DNA of 64,000 nucleotides from a virus (Duplodnaviria; Caudoviricetes): IMG/VR virus record IMGVR_UViG_2754412319_000001, positions 15,344 to 79,343 of that record; one strand, 5' to 3'. Shown piece by piece: positions 62,729 to 64,000 of this stretch (position 1 is its first letter; each line of letters starts with the position of its first letter). The notes under the pieces were generated by a model. It saw only the letters and a program-made list of their open reading frames with translations, ran no database searches and was not told where the DNA came from. The position numbers and the translations under genes were made by a program.

Positions 62729-64000
62729 TCAACTCGCTCGTCTGAAAAGCAACACATTCGTCGGCTGAACGTCGGTCGGCGGATTTTTCCCCTCGCAGCA
62801 ATCGCTCACGAACGCTGCCCACAGCGCCATTGCCGCTCGTCTCTCAGGGATCTCCTCCCGTACGTCGTAAATCCCCTCGACACCCTTTACCTTGTGGTTC
62901 AACGCGATTTCGCTGATTTCGCGCGAGACGCCCATGTTCCGCATATGGCCTTTGGCCGTGCTGCGCGTGTCGTGCGGCGTGAAGTAGCGCATTTCAAGCT
63001 TGCAGCTTTCAAAGGCTCGTGAGATGGACGCCCAAAGCGTCTTGACGCCCATGTGAGTGTCCCCCAGCTTGCGTCGTTTGCCACACCGAGCTGGCAAGAG
63101 CCATTCGGAGTCCCCCGATAGAGCGATCAAATCTTCGATCCACTTCACAACAGTCGGTACGAGCGGCACGAGCGCGCCGTACCCAGCCTTGAGGTTTTGT
63201 GGAGGAATCCACCACGTGCCACGCTTGAGGTCGATGTGCTCTTTACGAGCCTTGACCAACTCATTGGTACGCACGCATGTGGCCAGCAGGACGCGGAACA
63301 TGAGTCCGTTATCGCGGCCGATCTTGTCATCGATTTGAGGCAGCAAGACCCTCAGCTCATCCTCAGTAAGCATCAGTCGTTTACGTACCGGGGGCGGCTC
63401 ACCAAGCAACGCTCGCAGTTTGATGCCCGCAGTTGGGTTGGTTTGGACAATCCGCTTGCCGATCGCGTGGTCGAACAGGACCGTAATCGTCCCCAGCACA
63501 CGATTGCAGACGTTCCACGATTTCCCGCTCGTTTCGAGCATGTAAATGATGTCGGCCGACGTGACCTTTCGAGCTTCTAGTGAACCGAGGTTCGGCTTCA
63601 CCATATTCTCGATGTCCCAGTTCCGGTTGTAGATCGACCCTTCGGAGAGACTGACCATCGCCTTTTCCTTGTAGTCGTCACAAAGCTGTCGGACGGTCAG
63701 GGCGGAAGCTGTACGGGCTTTCTCTGTCTTTTTGTCGGCGGCAGGGTCTTCCCCTTTGTCGATCTCTACCCGGAACGCACGAGCCGCCTTTCTTGCGGCC
63801 GCAAGCGACATATCGGGGTAGTTGCCGATCGTAAGTTCGCGGCGGCGATTGCCGCGGCTATAGCGAAGGACCCAGGTTGCGGTTCCTGAGCCGGATAGGG
63901 TGAAGGTCAGGCCGTCGCCATCGGCCTTAGCCACTGGTTCCCCTTTGGCGATCCAGTGACGGATCTGCACATCGTCAAGCGCGTGATGGAGGCGCGGCAT
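62729..64000 (-). CDS. int: Tyrosine recombinase, P4-type integrase with arm-binding domain
   Basis: DGDGL...WVLRY...LTIGNYPDMSLAAAR; catalytic R (CVRTNE), HDTR, LNH, Y (GIYD). Confidence 0.93.
   Translation of the reverse strand: MPRLHHALDDVQIRHWIAKGEPVAKADGDGLTFTLSGSGTATWVLRYSRGNRRRELTIGNYPDMSLAAARKAARAFRVEIDKGEDPAADKKTEKARTASALTVRQLCDDYKEKAMVSLSEGSIYNRNWDIENMVKPNLGSLEARKVTSADIIYMLETSGKSWNVCNRVLGTITVLFDHAIGKRIVQTNPTAGIKLRALLGEPPPVRKRLMLTEDELRVLLPQIDDKIGRDNGLMFRVLLATCVRTNELVKARKEHIDLKRGTWWIPPQNLKAGYGALVPLVPTVVKWIEDLIALSGDSEWLLPARCGKRRKLGDTHMGVKTLWASISRAFESCKLEMRYFTPHDTRSTAKGHMRNMGVSREISEIALNHKVKGVEGIYDVREEIPERRAAMALWAAFVSDCCEGKNPPTDVQPTNVLLFRRAS

Larger units (their letters stand above)
1..64000. 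mobile_element. Prophage of a large temperate siphophage; both att sites probably lie outside the window
   Basis: Continuous head/tail, early, replication and integrase modules with no host housekeeping genes; complete P4-type integrase at the right edge. Confidence 0.85.

Noticed and set aside
1-64000. tRNA genes, CRISPR arrays, att core, holin/endolysin/spanin cassette
   Set aside because: None recognisable by eye. The palindromes are not regularly spaced with unique spacers. Lysis genes and att sites probably lie outside the window.

Overview
The whole window appears to be one large temperate siphophage (prophage) genome in a high-GC, probably Burkholderiales-type host (host is inferred). 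On the minus strand, 1-19245 is a complete head-neck-tail operon. It runs from a GpA-type terminase through portal, protease/scaffold, decoration, capsid, neck, tail tube, G/GT chaperones with a -1 frameshift and a 1951-aa tape measure with a lytic transglycosylase to the lambda-like M, L, K, I tail-tip genes and the start of a probable J. On the plus strand, a putative small terminase and a PrimPol-SF3 helicase are followed by an antisense HNH-AP2 endonuclease, an AT-rich control/origin region and about 45 small early genes. A 'lytic-style' replication and nucleotide module follows: a solo Spo11/TopoVI-A-like Toprim protein, SF2 helicase, putative SSB, 5'-3' exonuclease, family A DNA polymerase, ATP-dependent ligase, RecU-like resolvase, DEDDh exonuclease, an SbcCD-like pair, MazG-like pyrophosphatase and ThyX. 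Between the last phage gene and a P4-type tyrosine integrase (62729-64000) lies a five-gene T6SS cargo cassette (PAAR, DUF4123 chaperone, probable co-chaperone, Tox-REase-5 nuclease, Imm52 immunity). Reading the DNA directly shows three dispersed motif systems that the ORFs do not explain: (1) about 12 copies of a palindrome GGTTCAA-N-TTGAACC confined to the early region; (2) 9 intergenic copies of AACTAT-N3-ATAGTT, four in the candidate origin and three lying 27-28 nt upstream of -10 hexamers; (3) an ACCACCAC motif next to many start codons. No tRNA, CRISPR array, lysis cassette or obvious CI repressor was seen. All family assignments come from motif recognition, not database searches.
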